From: Chlorobiota bacterium
GTDB taxonomy: Bacteria > Bacteroidota > Bacteroidia > Bacteroidales > Prolixibacteraceae
DNA length: 59,035 bases
Assembly (NCBI GenBank): GCA_013152355.1
Contig: JAADGO010000079.1
Span: 1-59,035, forward strand
Direction: 5' to 3'
Of this stretch, positions 36,750 through 46,556 are shown in pieces. The position numbers were made by a program, and so were the translations under genes. Numbering within the stretch: the first letter of the stretch is position 1; each line of letters starts with the position of its first letter. Below the pieces are notes generated by a model. That model made no database searches. It saw only the letters and a program-made list of their open reading frames with translations, and was not told where the DNA came from.

Positions 36750-37760
36750 ATGGATAATAAGACAATTTTAATTACTGGCGGGACAGGTTCTTTTGGGAAT
36801 GCTGTGTTGAGAAGGTTTTTAAAGACCAGTATAAAAGAGATACGGATTTTCAGCCGCGATGAAAAGAAACAGGACGATATGCGTTTGTTGTACAAAAATG
36901 ATAAAATCAAATTCTATATCGGCGATGTACGCGACAGGTTAAGTGTTGACAGTGCTATGAAAGGTGTCGATTATATTTTTCATGCGGCAGCATTAAAACA
37001 GGTGCCATCGTGTGAGTTTTTCCCTGTTGAAGCAGTTAAAACCAATGTACTCGGAGCAGAAAATGTAATTGATTCGGCAATCGCCAATGGCATAAAAAAA
37101 TTAATAGTCCTCAGCACCGATAAAGCAGTATACCCTATAAATGCAATGGGGCTGTCGAAAGCACTGATGGAAAAGGTAATGATTGCCAAATCGCGTAACC
37201 TGAATGGCGGCGGGCCTATGCTTTGTGGCACCCGTTACGGAAATGTTATGGCATCGCGTGGTTCGGTAATCCCCCTCTTTACCAACCAAATAAAAAAGGG
37301 GAACCCTATTACTATTACCGACCCGAACATGACCCGCTTTATGATGACCCTTGAAGATGCTGTAGAACTGGTAATGTTTGCATTTGACAATGCCACCCAT
37401 GGCGATATTTTTGTCCAAAAGGCTCCGGCTGCCACAATCGAAGTACTTGCCCTGGCATTAAAAGAGCTGTACCATTCGGGTTCGGAAATTAAAATAATTG
37501 GGACAAGGCATGGCGAAAAATTATATGAAACACTGGTCAACCGTGAAGAAATTGCACGGGCCGACGACTTAGGGGATTATTTTAGGATTAGTGCCGATAC
37601 GCGCGACCTTAACTATGCAAAATATTTTAGCGAAGGGAAATCGAATATTTCTTCACTGGTAGATTATACCTCACACAATACCGAAAGGCTGGATGTAGAA
37701 GGGATGAAGAAATTATTATTAAAATTGGATTTCATTAAAAATGATTTGCCTAACTTGTAG
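36750..37760 (+). CDS. fnlA: UDP-GlcNAc 4,6-dehydratase/5-epimerase (FnlA/CapE/WbjB)
   Basis: 336-aa ORF. ILITGGTGSFGNAVLRRFL, IRIFSRDEKKQDDMR, FHAAALKQVPSCEFFPVEAVKTNVLG and CGTRYGNVMASRGSVIPLF are near-identical to CapE/FnlA signatures. Confidence 0.9.
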   Translation: MDNKTILITGGTGSFGNAVLRRFLKTSIKEIRIFSRDEKKQDDMRLLYKNDKIKFYIGDVRDRLSVDSAMKGVDYIFHAAALKQVPSCEFFPVEAVKTNVLGAENVIDSAIANGIKKLIVLSTDKAVYPINAMGLSKALMEKVMIAKSRNLNGGGPMLCGTRYGNVMASRGSVIPLFTNQIKKGNPITITDPNMTRFMMTLEDAVELVMFAFDNATHGDIFVQKAPAATIEVLALALKELYHSGSEIKIIGTRHGEKLYETLVNREEIARADDLGDYFRISADTRDLNYAKYFSEGKSNISSLVDYTSHNTERLDVEGMKKLLLKLDFIKNDLPNL

Positions 37761-37765
37761 CATTT

Positions 37766-38899
37766 ATGATAAGAGTAGGAATTACCGGGCAATCGGGTTT
37801 TATAGGGGCACACCTGTCCAACCTCCTAAACCTTGAGAAAGCAACGATAAGCCTTGTACCATTTCAAGACGATTATTTCGAAAGCATGGAGGAGTTGTCG
37901 GGGTTTGTTAAACAATGTGATACAATTGTACACCTTGCGGCCATGAACCGCCATGAAGAGCCTAAGGTAATGTACGACACGAATATCAGGCTTGTAAAGA
38001 ACCTGGTAAAGTCATGCGAGAGCACCAATAGCAAGCCTCATATTATTTTTTCATCATCCATACAGGAAAGCTTAGGCAACCTTTATGGGAAGTCGAAATA
38101 TGTCGGGCGGATGCTTTTCGAGGAATGGGCAGCAAGAAATGGGGCAAAATTCACCGGGCTGGTTATTCCGAATGTATTCGGCCCATTCGGGATGCCTTAT
38201 TTTAATTCGGTTGTAGCTACTTTCTGCCATCAACTGACACATGGCGAACAACCGCAGATACAAATTGATAAAAAATTGCAACTGATTTACATCAACGACC
38301 TTTGCAATGTCTTCATCAAAGCAATTAAGCAGCAATTACCCGGGCAAAAAGAGGAGGGCTCAAAATACCTGGTACAACATACGTCAGAAAAAAATGTATC
38401 GGAGATATTAGAAATATTAGTTTCATTTAAAAAGGGCTATTTCAACCAGGGGGTTATCCCAAATATTGATAACCCGTTTAAGCGGGATTTATTCAATACA
38501 TTCCTTTGCTATATCAATTTGGAAGAATATTTCCCTGTACCTTTGAAAATAAATACCGACAGCCGCGGGGACTTTGTGGAAACAATAAAATCGGCTTCAG
38601 GAGGGCAGGTATCATTTTCTACAACAAAGCCGGGCATAACCAGGGGGAATCATTTCCACACCCGCAAAGTGGAAAGGTTTGCAGTAATAAAAGGGAAAGC
38701 CAGGATTGAACTAAGGAAAATAGGCACAAAAACCCGCTACAGCTTCGAAATCGATGGCTTACAACCTGCATATATAGACATACCGGTATGGCACACACAC
38801 AATATTACCAATGTCGGCAATGATGATTTATATACCATATTCTGGATCAATGAGGTTTATAAACAAAACGACCCTGACTCATATTTTGAAGAAGTATAA
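37766..38899 (+). CDS. fnlB: UDP-2-acetamido-2,6-dideoxy-hexulose reductase (FnlB/CapF/WbjC; SDR plus C-terminal cupin)
   Basis: 377-aa ORF with an N-terminal Rossmann motif (GITGQSGFIGAHL) and a C-terminal cupin-like region (DSRGDFVE...GITRGNHFHTRKVERF). This is the two-domain CapF architecture. Confidence 0.85.
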   Translation: MIRVGITGQSGFIGAHLSNLLNLEKATISLVPFQDDYFESMEELSGFVKQCDTIVHLAAMNRHEEPKVMYDTNIRLVKNLVKSCESTNSKPHIIFSSSIQESLGNLYGKSKYVGRMLFEEWAARNGAKFTGLVIPNVFGPFGMPYFNSVVATFCHQLTHGEQPQIQIDKKLQLIYINDLCNVFIKAIKQQLPGQKEEGSKYLVQHTSEKNVSEILEILVSFKKGYFNQGVIPNIDNPFKRDLFNTFLCYINLEEYFPVPLKINTDSRGDFVETIKSASGGQVSFSTTKPGITRGNHFHTRKVERFAVIKGKARIELRKIGTKTRYSFEIDGLQPAYIDIPVWHTHNITNVGNDDLYTIFWINEVYKQNDPDSYFEEV

Positions 38900-38914
38900 T
38901 TTAAATATTTTAAT

Positions 38915-39634
38915 ATGGACCTGGAAATAAACCCAAAAACAGTATTTAATAAATTATTATTGGTCATCTTATTTCTATTGTTTGCAAATATTCTTGGTAT
39001 TATCTCCAAATTCTATTTTCATCATGATACTGTTTTTGGTTTAGTACAGGCATTCAATTTCGATACCGAATATAATATACCAACTTTATTTTCATTCTTA
39101 GAGTTAATCCTTAGTACAGTGTTGTTATTCATTATAGCCAAAAAGCATAAGGAGATTGGCTCTGGTTATATATATTGGCTTGTGTTGATGGTTATTTTCC
39201 TTTTTTTGTCATTTGACGAAATATTATCAATCCATGAACGGTTAATTGGCCCGGTAAGTGAGTTGTTGAATACATCAGGAATACTGGCTTTTGCATGGGT
39301 GGTACCTTATGGGGTTTTATTACTGATTTTTGTTGTGGCCTATTCACGTTTCTTAATAAAGCTTCCCAGGGGTATCGCAGCCTTGCTTATTATTTCCGGT
39401 ATTATTTATGTCTCCGGTGCTTTAGGGTTTGAACTAGTGGGAGGTAAATACGTTGAACAATACGGCAACGACTCGATAATTTATGCAATTTGTTACACCT
39501 CCGAAGAATTTCTAGAAATGCTGGGGATTGCAGCTTTTATTTATACCCTGCTTTATAATATTACAATTGAGTTTAATTCTTTTTCCTTAACTTTAATAAA
39601 AAAGAATATTGACGCCCCTCATTTTGCACAATGA
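38915..39634 (+). CDS. Multi-pass membrane protein of unknown function inserted between fnlB and fnlC
   Basis: 239-aa ORF with about 6-7 hydrophobic segments and no recognisable catalytic motif. Confidence 0.6.
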   Translation: MDLEINPKTVFNKLLLVILFLLFANILGIISKFYFHHDTVFGLVQAFNFDTEYNIPTLFSFLELILSTVLLFIIAKKHKEIGSGYIYWLVLMVIFLFLSFDEILSIHERLIGPVSELLNTSGILAFAWVVPYGVLLLIFVVAYSRFLIKLPRGIAALLIISGIIYVSGALGFELVGGKYVEQYGNDSIIYAICYTSEEFLEMLGIAAFIYTLLYNITIEFNSFSLTLIKKNIDAPHFAQ

Positions 39635-39665
39635 CCATATACTGGGTTAAAACATTTATTGAATT

Positions 39666-40808
39666 ATGGCAAAATCAAGATTAAAAGTAATAACATTTGT
39701 AGGTACGCGCCCCGAAATTATCCGGTTGTCCAGGGTCATGCCACTCCTTGATGGGCACTTAAACCATATAATTGCACACACAGGGCAAAACTACGATTAC
39801 GAGTTAAATGAAATATTCTTCAACGGGCTGGAAATAAGGAAACCCGATTATTTTTTAGGTGTAGGCACATCGTCACTTGGAGCTGTTGTTGGCGATATAA
39901 TAAAAAAATCGGAAGAAATATTAAAAAAGGAACAACCCGATGCAGTACTGGTTTTAGGCGACACCAACTCATGCCTTTCGGCCTATATGGCTAAGCGGAT
40001 GAAAATCCCTATTTTCCATTTGGAAGCCGGCAACCGTTGCTTCGACTTTAATGTCCCCGAAGAGATCAACCGCAGGATTATCGACCATATTGCTGATTTT
40101 AACCTGGTTTACACAGAACATGCACGCCGGCATTTGATATCCGAAGGTTTGCCACATAGAAGAATATATTTAATTGGGTCGCCAATGTTTGAAGTATTAG
40201 ATCATTATAAAGTCAAGATAGGAGATTCTAAAATACTCGATGAATTATCGTTAAAAAATAAACGTTATTTTTTGGTGAGTATGCACCGTGAAGAAAATGT
40301 TGACAACCCCCGGAACCTGCGGAAGGTGATTAATATTTTAAATGTATTAATGAGCAAATATCAGTTACCAATAATTGTTTCAACCCATCCCCGTACAAGG
40401 AAAAAACTGGAGGGGCTTAACGAGGCTGCAATTGACCCAGGTATCCGGTTTTTAAAGCCATTTGGTTTTACCGATTATATTTTCCTTCAGATGAATGCCC
40501 TTTGTACAATCTCCGACAGCGGGACAATCAGCGAAGAATCGGCAATCCTTTCGTTCCCTGCAATTTCGTTGCGCAATTCGATGGAACGCCCCGAAGCACA
40601 GGATACGGGAACCATTATCCTGACAGGGTTCGATACTGATACGGTACTTGATTCCATAAGGCTTTCAATTGAAGAACATAAAAACGGTAGCTATAGCCAT
40701 ATCCCTGATGGGTACAAAATAACAAATACCTCGTGGAGGGTACTTAAGCTGATTATGGGGTTAGCAAAACTAAGCAACAACTGGAGTGGGGTAAAAACAT
40801 ATCAATAA
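39666..40808 (+). CDS. fnlC: UDP-N-acetylglucosamine 2-epimerase, non-hydrolysing type (FnlC/CapG/WbjD)
   Basis: 380-aa ORF with VGTRPEIIRLS, VLGDTNS, HLEAGNRCFD...PEEINRRIIDH and SDSGTISEE. Confidence 0.9.
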   Translation: MAKSRLKVITFVGTRPEIIRLSRVMPLLDGHLNHIIAHTGQNYDYELNEIFFNGLEIRKPDYFLGVGTSSLGAVVGDIIKKSEEILKKEQPDAVLVLGDTNSCLSAYMAKRMKIPIFHLEAGNRCFDFNVPEEINRRIIDHIADFNLVYTEHARRHLISEGLPHRRIYLIGSPMFEVLDHYKVKIGDSKILDELSLKNKRYFLVSMHREENVDNPRNLRKVINILNVLMSKYQLPIIVSTHPRTRKKLEGLNEAAIDPGIRFLKPFGFTDYIFLQMNALCTISDSGTISEESAILSFPAISLRNSMERPEAQDTGTIILTGFDTDTVLDSIRLSIEEHKNGSYSHIPDGYKITNTSWRVLKLIMGLAKLSNNWSGVKTYQ

Positions 40809-40863
40809 ATAACTATACCTTACTATTAATTACCATTGCGCCGACAACTGAGAATCAACCCAA

Positions 40864-41970
40864 ATGAAAAAAATAGCCTGGATTACAGAAGAAAACTTCA
40901 TTGATGTCGACCTCCCGATAGTTGCCAAAATCAATGAGGTATTTGAGGTACACTGGTTTGTGGTATTCCCAAAAAATACAATAACTGATTACGACGAGGA
41001 TTTTATATCTTCTTATTCAAAGGAACATAAAATCGCTAATCATAATTTTAGACTAAAATACAGGCTGAGGAATATCCATTCAGTCAAGGACTATTACAAC
41101 CTTATCAGGCAGGTAAATTCATTAAACCCGGATATTATTTATATTGATTTTTTTGGGATACCCTACTTCTTTTTAATGGCATCGGTATTGTTTAAACGCT
41201 CCAGGGTAATCTATGCAGCACACGATGTGGTTGAGCATAAAAATATTAAGAAACGAAATAGTTTTAGGTTGTACCAGCGGCTTATCTTTAACCGTTTTCA
41301 GAATTTCCATATCTTCTCGAAAACACAACAGGAATATTTTTTGAATAAATACCCCGACAAAAAAACATTTGTAGCCCCTTTGTTCCTTAAAAGTTTTGGC
41401 AAAACGGAACGAACTCCCGGCAACGGAGAGGTTGTATTCCTTTTTTTTGGGATAATAAGGGGTAATAAGGGGCTGGAATTCCTGATTGAAGCAGCCAACG
41501 AGTTATGCAGGCATTATAAAAATAAATTTAAAGTAATAATTGCCGGCAGTTGTGATAATTGGGAGTATTATAAACAAAAAATAACCTGCCCTGAGGTATT
41601 TGACCTGCGAATAGGCATGGTGCCCAACAATAAAATCCCCGACTTGTTTGGGGAGTCGCACTACCTGGTACTCCCCTACCTGGATGTTACGCAAAGCGGG
41701 CCTCTTTTAATTGCATTCAACTACAATGTGCCGGCAATTGCAGCCGACCATGCAGGGTTCAGGGAATATATAAAACATGGGCAAAATGGGTATTTATTTA
41801 AATCGGGAAGCAGCGGGGAACTGTATTCTTTAATGAAGGGGATTATTGAAAATAACAACCAGGATTATGCTATGTTAAGGCATAATGTAAAAGAATTTAC
41901 CAGGGAGAATATTGCCCTGGAGCCAATAATACAGAAATACATTGATTTTTTGCACCTGGTTAGTGCCTAG
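40864..41970 (+). CDS. Glycosyltransferase family 4 (position suggests an L-FucNAc transferase)
   Basis: 368-aa ORF with the GT1-family C-terminal signature (FFGIIRGNKGLEFLI...LVLPYLDVTQSGPLLIAFNYNVPAIAADHAGFREYI). Confidence 0.75.
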   Translation: MKKIAWITEENFIDVDLPIVAKINEVFEVHWFVVFPKNTITDYDEDFISSYSKEHKIANHNFRLKYRLRNIHSVKDYYNLIRQVNSLNPDIIYIDFFGIPYFFLMASVLFKRSRVIYAAHDVVEHKNIKKRNSFRLYQRLIFNRFQNFHIFSKTQQEYFLNKYPDKKTFVAPLFLKSFGKTERTPGNGEVVFLFFGIIRGNKGLEFLIEAANELCRHYKNKFKVIIAGSCDNWEYYKQKITCPEVFDLRIGMVPNNKIPDLFGESHYLVLPYLDVTQSGPLLIAFNYNVPAIAADHAGFREYIKHGQNGYLFKSGSSGELYSLMKGIIENNNQDYAMLRHNVKEFTRENIALEPIIQKYIDFLHLVSA

Positions 41971-42169
41971 TGGGCTAAAGTTATTAAAGATGGATAATAA
42001 GGAATTTAGAAAGCAATTAGAAAGCACAATTAATTTTGGCTGAAGCAAATGAAATCCTTGCTATTTTTACTTCAATTGGTAAAAAGTTAAAACTTTAGGC
42101 ACTGAGTAGTTTCCGATTCTTTTAACAGCCTCTTAACCTGAGTCATAATAAACATGCAAACCATTATTT

Positions 42170-42652
42170 ATGCTTATGAAAGCAGATAAAATAAAATTGC
42201 AGGCATTTTTTCTTACTGTTGCAATATTCGGCACAATCATTTTCTCATTACTGAGGATTAGTAACACCCGTAACAATATTGATATACTGGAGGATACCCT
42301 CGAAGGAGTTAAAACAATAGTACCCGATACATCGGAGGTTTACCTGTTTTCAAACTACCGGGTACCTTTGTCAAAAAACAAAATATATTTTTATACCCAG
42401 TTTGCCCTGGCTCCAAGAATCATTATAAAAGAAGATAACCAAAATGCAGAGGAAAGCTTTAATAAAGTCCCCAATAATGGTTTAATCTTATTAATTGAAG
42501 ATAAAATAAGTGATTCAACATTTTTCCCAAATATCGAATCATCAAATGAGTATAAAATATTGTATGTTAAAAATAACGATATGTACGGTATAAAGCTTCT
42601 AAGTAAAAAACCTTCCTCCCCTGTATCGCTGTTTTCCAAAACGGAGGAATAA
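42170..42652 (+). CDS. Membrane-anchored hypothetical protein (160 aa)
   Basis: Single N-terminal TM (FFLTVAIFGTIIFSLL). The gene is AT-rich and ends 14 nt before the next membrane-protein gene. Confidence 0.5.
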   Translation: MLMKADKIKLQAFFLTVAIFGTIIFSLLRISNTRNNIDILEDTLEGVKTIVPDTSEVYLFSNYRVPLSKNKIYFYTQFALAPRIIIKEDNQNAEESFNKVPNNGLILLIEDKISDSTFFPNIESSNEYKILYVKNNDMYGIKLLSKKPSSPVSLFSKTEE

Positions 42653-42666
42653 AAGTAAGGAATACA

Positions 42667-43980
42667 ATGATTTTAATTGCTTTGCTTTTTTGGACACTTT
42701 CCGTCTTTTTCCTAATTGACAATAAATTGAAAATTAGGAATAAGCCATTAAAGATTATCATCTCTTTCTTTTTTACGTTGGCGGTGATTTCAATAATCTT
42801 TTTTGCTGCACTTCTAACAAAGGTTAATTATACGCTACTGGTAACCGTTTGCATTGCACTTCCGGCTCTTTTTTTAGTGTATAAATGGGGGCAGCTTAAA
42901 GAGTTTGCCATGGGTATTGATTTTAAGGTTACTAAAACTACCATAGTCGTTTTAGTATCTATATTAATTTACTCGTTGCTGTTTTTTGCAACCACAAGCC
43001 GGTGGGGCAATTGGGATGCCTGGGCAATATGGACGCTACATGCTAAATTCCTTACATACGATGCCGGGTATATTAACTTGTTTACAGATGCGACAGCCTG
43101 GACTCATGCTGATTACCCTTTAATGCTGCCATCAATCATTGCTATTACCTGGAAATCCTTCGGTAATTCTTCACCATTGGTACCGGTTATGGCCTCATAT
43201 ATTATTGGGATTGCTGTCCCACTAACAATATATTTTGCATTTAAAGAAAAAAACAATGTGGTTACAGGGCAGGTAATACTTATTTTGCTTACGTGTTCAA
43301 TAATTTTTATCCCGTATGCCAGTTCACAATTATCTGATTCCCTGCTTGGTTTATTTATTTTATTCCCATTTGTTTTAATATACCTCATGCCAAAGGAAAA
43401 GCCTTTTCACTGCCTGTTCCTTATTGGTTTTTTTGCAGCTGCATCTGGCTGGGTAAAAAATGAAGGGTTATTATTTTTTGCCATCTTCTCTTTTTATTAC
43501 CTGGCACGGAACTTTAGGGATTTGAACAATATTAAAATATATGCCCTTGGCACTATTTTACCACTGCTGGTTTTGTTTGTATTCAAATTCTTTTACACTC
43601 CGCCTAATGACCTTATAGACGGGCAAAATAGTGCCACATTGTATAAAGTTATGGATATTGGCAGGTATTTAACCATTGGCAGGTATTTTATATCAACCAT
43701 GCTAAATGAATTTGGCTTACTGTCTGCCTTGCTTGTTTTGATATTCTTTGTCGATTATAAATATTATTTCTCTTTTAATTTTATAATAATTTTAACATTG
43801 CTGGTTGGTTATTTTTTCATTTATGTGGTAACACCTAATGATTTAGAATGGCACTTAAGCACATCTTTTAGCAGGCTGTTGCACCAGGTATTGCCGGTAT
43901 TCCTTTTCACTGCAGGGGTAGCAATAAGCAAAAGAATTGACAGTGGCACCTATAAACATATCTCAGGTATTTACATCTGA
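42667..43980 (+). CDS. Polytopic membrane protein, GT-C/ArnT-like or second polymerase-like (uncertain)
   Basis: 437-aa ORF with at least 10 TM segments and aromatic-rich loops (TSRWGNWDAWAIWTLHAKF). The family cannot be assigned without an HMM search. Confidence 0.5.
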   Translation: MILIALLFWTLSVFFLIDNKLKIRNKPLKIIISFFFTLAVISIIFFAALLTKVNYTLLVTVCIALPALFLVYKWGQLKEFAMGIDFKVTKTTIVVLVSILIYSLLFFATTSRWGNWDAWAIWTLHAKFLTYDAGYINLFTDATAWTHADYPLMLPSIIAITWKSFGNSSPLVPVMASYIIGIAVPLTIYFAFKEKNNVVTGQVILILLTCSIIFIPYASSQLSDSLLGLFILFPFVLIYLMPKEKPFHCLFLIGFFAAASGWVKNEGLLFFAIFSFYYLARNFRDLNNIKIYALGTILPLLVLFVFKFFYTPPNDLIDGQNSATLYKVMDIGRYLTIGRYFISTMLNEFGLLSALLVLIFFVDYKYYFSFNFIIILTLLVGYFFIYVVTPNDLEWHLSTSFSRLLHQVLPVFLFTAGVAISKRIDSGTYKHISGIYI

Positions 43981-44016
43981 GGGAAACGGCTTCAACTATC
44001 CAATATACATAAATAT

Positions 44017-45207
44017 ATGAATATCCTCCTGGCTAACAAGTTCTTTTACCCACGCGGGGGCGATTGTATCCATACAATCGGGCTTAAAAAATTGTTGGAA
44101 GGGAATGGGCATAAGGTTGCAATATTCAGTATGCAGCACCCCGAAAACCTAGCCAATGAATATGAAAGTTATTGGCCTTCGAACCTTGATTATGGGGTGC
44201 CGGCAATTAAAAATGCCAAAGAAGCAATATGCCGGCCTGTTTATTCAGGCGAAGTGAAACGGAAATGGAATGCTTTGCTGGATGATTTCAAACCAGATGT
44301 TGTTCATCTGCACAACATCCACACGCAACTTTCGCCCATAATTGCAAAAGAGGCGTACGATAAAAAGATACCGGTATTCTGGACTTTACACGACTATAAA
44401 CTGATTTGCCCCTCCTATTCATTGTTACGGAACGGGGAACCATGTGAAAAATGCCTGGCTGATAAAACGAATGTAATTAAATACCGTTGTATCAAAAATA
44501 GTTTAACGGGTAGTTTAATTGGTTACCTTGAAGCAATGAGGTGGTCGCGCAAAAAATTGGAGACGTATACAACCTGTTTTATTGCCCCATCGCAATTTTT
44601 AAGAAACAAAATGATTGAAGCGGGGTTTTCCCCTGAAAAGATTAAACAGTTATACAATTTTACCGGGCAGGATAAGTTCCGGCCTAACCTTCATAAAAAG
44701 GGCTATTACGTTTACCTGGGGAGGATATCCCGCGAAAAGGGGTTGGAAACTCTATTAAGGGCGGCCTCGGGCCTGCCTGGCTTCAATTTAAAAATAATAG
44801 GCGATGGGCCTCTCAGGGAAAAATTAGAACAAAAATATAATTACAAACATATTGAATTCCTTGGACACCAGCCCTGGGAAACAATCAAAACCATTCTGGG
44901 GGAAGCCAGGTTTATGGTTTTACCTTCAGAATGGTATGAAAATAATCCGTTAAGTATAATAGAATCATTTGCCCTGGGCACCCCTGTTTTGGGGTCTGCA
45001 ATAGGAGGTATTCCCGAACTGGTGTCGCCTAATGAAAACGGCATGTTGTTCCAGCCTCTTGATCAATCCGGACTGGCCGTGAAGGTAAGTGAAATGATGA
45101 AGTCCCGGGATTGGGATTACGCTCAGATTTCGAAAAAAGCAAAAGGTAAATTTGACATGAATAAGTACTACCAAAGTTTATTGGAGCTCTATCAGGCTAC
45201 TAATTAG
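44017..45207 (+). CDS. Glycosyltransferase family 4
   Basis: 396-aa ORF with N-terminus ILLANKFFYPRGG and the C-terminal E-x7-E region (LPSEWYENNPLSIIESFALGTPVLGSAIGGIPELV). Confidence 0.8.
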   Translation: MNILLANKFFYPRGGDCIHTIGLKKLLEGNGHKVAIFSMQHPENLANEYESYWPSNLDYGVPAIKNAKEAICRPVYSGEVKRKWNALLDDFKPDVVHLHNIHTQLSPIIAKEAYDKKIPVFWTLHDYKLICPSYSLLRNGEPCEKCLADKTNVIKYRCIKNSLTGSLIGYLEAMRWSRKKLETYTTCFIAPSQFLRNKMIEAGFSPEKIKQLYNFTGQDKFRPNLHKKGYYVYLGRISREKGLETLLRAASGLPGFNLKIIGDGPLREKLEQKYNYKHIEFLGHQPWETIKTILGEARFMVLPSEWYENNPLSIIESFALGTPVLGSAIGGIPELVSPNENGMLFQPLDQSGLAVKVSEMMKSRDWDYAQISKKAKGKFDMNKYYQSLLELYQATN

Positions 45208-45219
45208 AGACTGTTTAAA
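45204..45219 (+). repeat. 16-mer TTAGAGACTGTTTAAA (copy 1 of 2)
   Basis: Overlaps the TAG stop (45205-45207) of the GT4 gene. It is identical to 47968-47983. Confidence 0.8.
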
Positions 45220-45254
45220 TTATCCTTTACTTTTATTTTAATTCCACAAACAAG

Positions 45255-46460
45255 ATGAAAAACATTATTAAATCAGGGTCAACAGCCCTATACCGCAATA
45301 CGCCGCAATATAATATGGGTACAATCAGGCATGAATCATCTCCTCTGGACGGTGTTGCCCGCCCCGAGTTAAAGACAAAAAAGAAAAGGATTCATATTGT
45401 AGGCATCCATGGTGTCCCTGCAAAATACGGAGGTTTGGAAACTTTCGCCGACTTTTTATGCCAGAACCTGGGGGATGAGTTCGACATCACCGTTTATTGC
45501 AATGCGCACAAATACCCGGAAAAAGCTAAAACGTATTTTGGGGCGAAACTTAAATACATACCCCTTGATGCAAGTGGTTTCAGAGGGATATTATACGATG
45601 TGCTTACGTATATCGATGCGCTGGCTAAATCAGATGTGGTACTTTACCTCAGCCCTGTGGGCTCCGGATTTATGACGCCGTTAAAAAAGTTGTCACGGGC
45701 AAAGGTTATCATAAACCACGGCGGGCTGAACGAATGGGAACGCGAAAAGTTAAGCTGGCTGCAACAAAAATGGGCGAAGTTTAACCATCGTATCGCCGCA
45801 AAATTCGCAGATATCAACATTGTAGACAATGAACTCTACAAAGAAAGCCTGAAGCAAAATTTCAATGCTGAATCGACCGTAATACGGTATGGAGGCGACC
45901 ATGTAAGTAAAATTGCACCCACTGGTGAGCCCCTCGTAAAAAAATACCCGTTTGTAAAAGAAAAATATGCCATCAGTATTTCAAGGGCCCAGGTCGACAA
46001 CAATTTACACATGGTACTTGAGGCATTTGAGGATTTTAAGGAGTATAAAATAGTTTTACTCTCAAACTGGGATATTTCCACATACGGTAAAAAGCTCAGG
46101 CAAAAATATACGGGGCACCCAAATATGATATTAATTGACAATATATACGATAAACGGGAATTGGATTTTGTTCGTGGGAATGCGTATTTATATATTCATT
46201 CGCATTCGCGTTGTGGCACTGCCCCAACGCTGGTAGAAGCAATGAACCTGAATTTACCGGTTATTGCATTTGATGTCCCTACAAACCGGGAAGCCACCAA
46301 AAACAAAGCAGCATTCTTTACAGATTCTGCTTCTTTAATCGAATTATTGGAACATATCCCGGACGAAACGATTAAAACCAACAGGGACGATATGTACGCA
46401 ATAGCATCAACCCATTATACATGGGAGAAAATTTCTGCTCAATATAAAGCTTTATTCTAA
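45255..46460 (+). CDS. DUF1972-type glycosyltransferase (rhamnosyltransferase-like, GT4)
   Basis: IHIVGIHGVPAKYGGLETFADFL is the DUF1972 signature, and the C-terminal domain is GT1-family. The N-terminal ~45 aa look like an extension, so the true start may be the ATG at 45315. Confidence 0.75.
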   Translation: MKNIIKSGSTALYRNTPQYNMGTIRHESSPLDGVARPELKTKKKRIHIVGIHGVPAKYGGLETFADFLCQNLGDEFDITVYCNAHKYPEKAKTYFGAKLKYIPLDASGFRGILYDVLTYIDALAKSDVVLYLSPVGSGFMTPLKKLSRAKVIINHGGLNEWEREKLSWLQQKWAKFNHRIAAKFADINIVDNELYKESLKQNFNAESTVIRYGGDHVSKIAPTGEPLVKKYPFVKEKYAISISRAQVDNNLHMVLEAFEDFKEYKIVLLSNWDISTYGKKLRQKYTGHPNMILIDNIYDKRELDFVRGNAYLYIHSHSRCGTAPTLVEAMNLNLPVIAFDVPTNREATKNKAAFFTDSASLIELLEHIPDETIKTNRDDMYAIASTHYTWEKISAQYKALF

Positions 46461-46556
46461 ACCAATCTGTTGAGTATCAATTAACAAACCTCTATTTCAA
46501 ATCCAACCATTGGATTATTACTCTAAAAACAACTTACAATATTTAAATAAGTAGTT

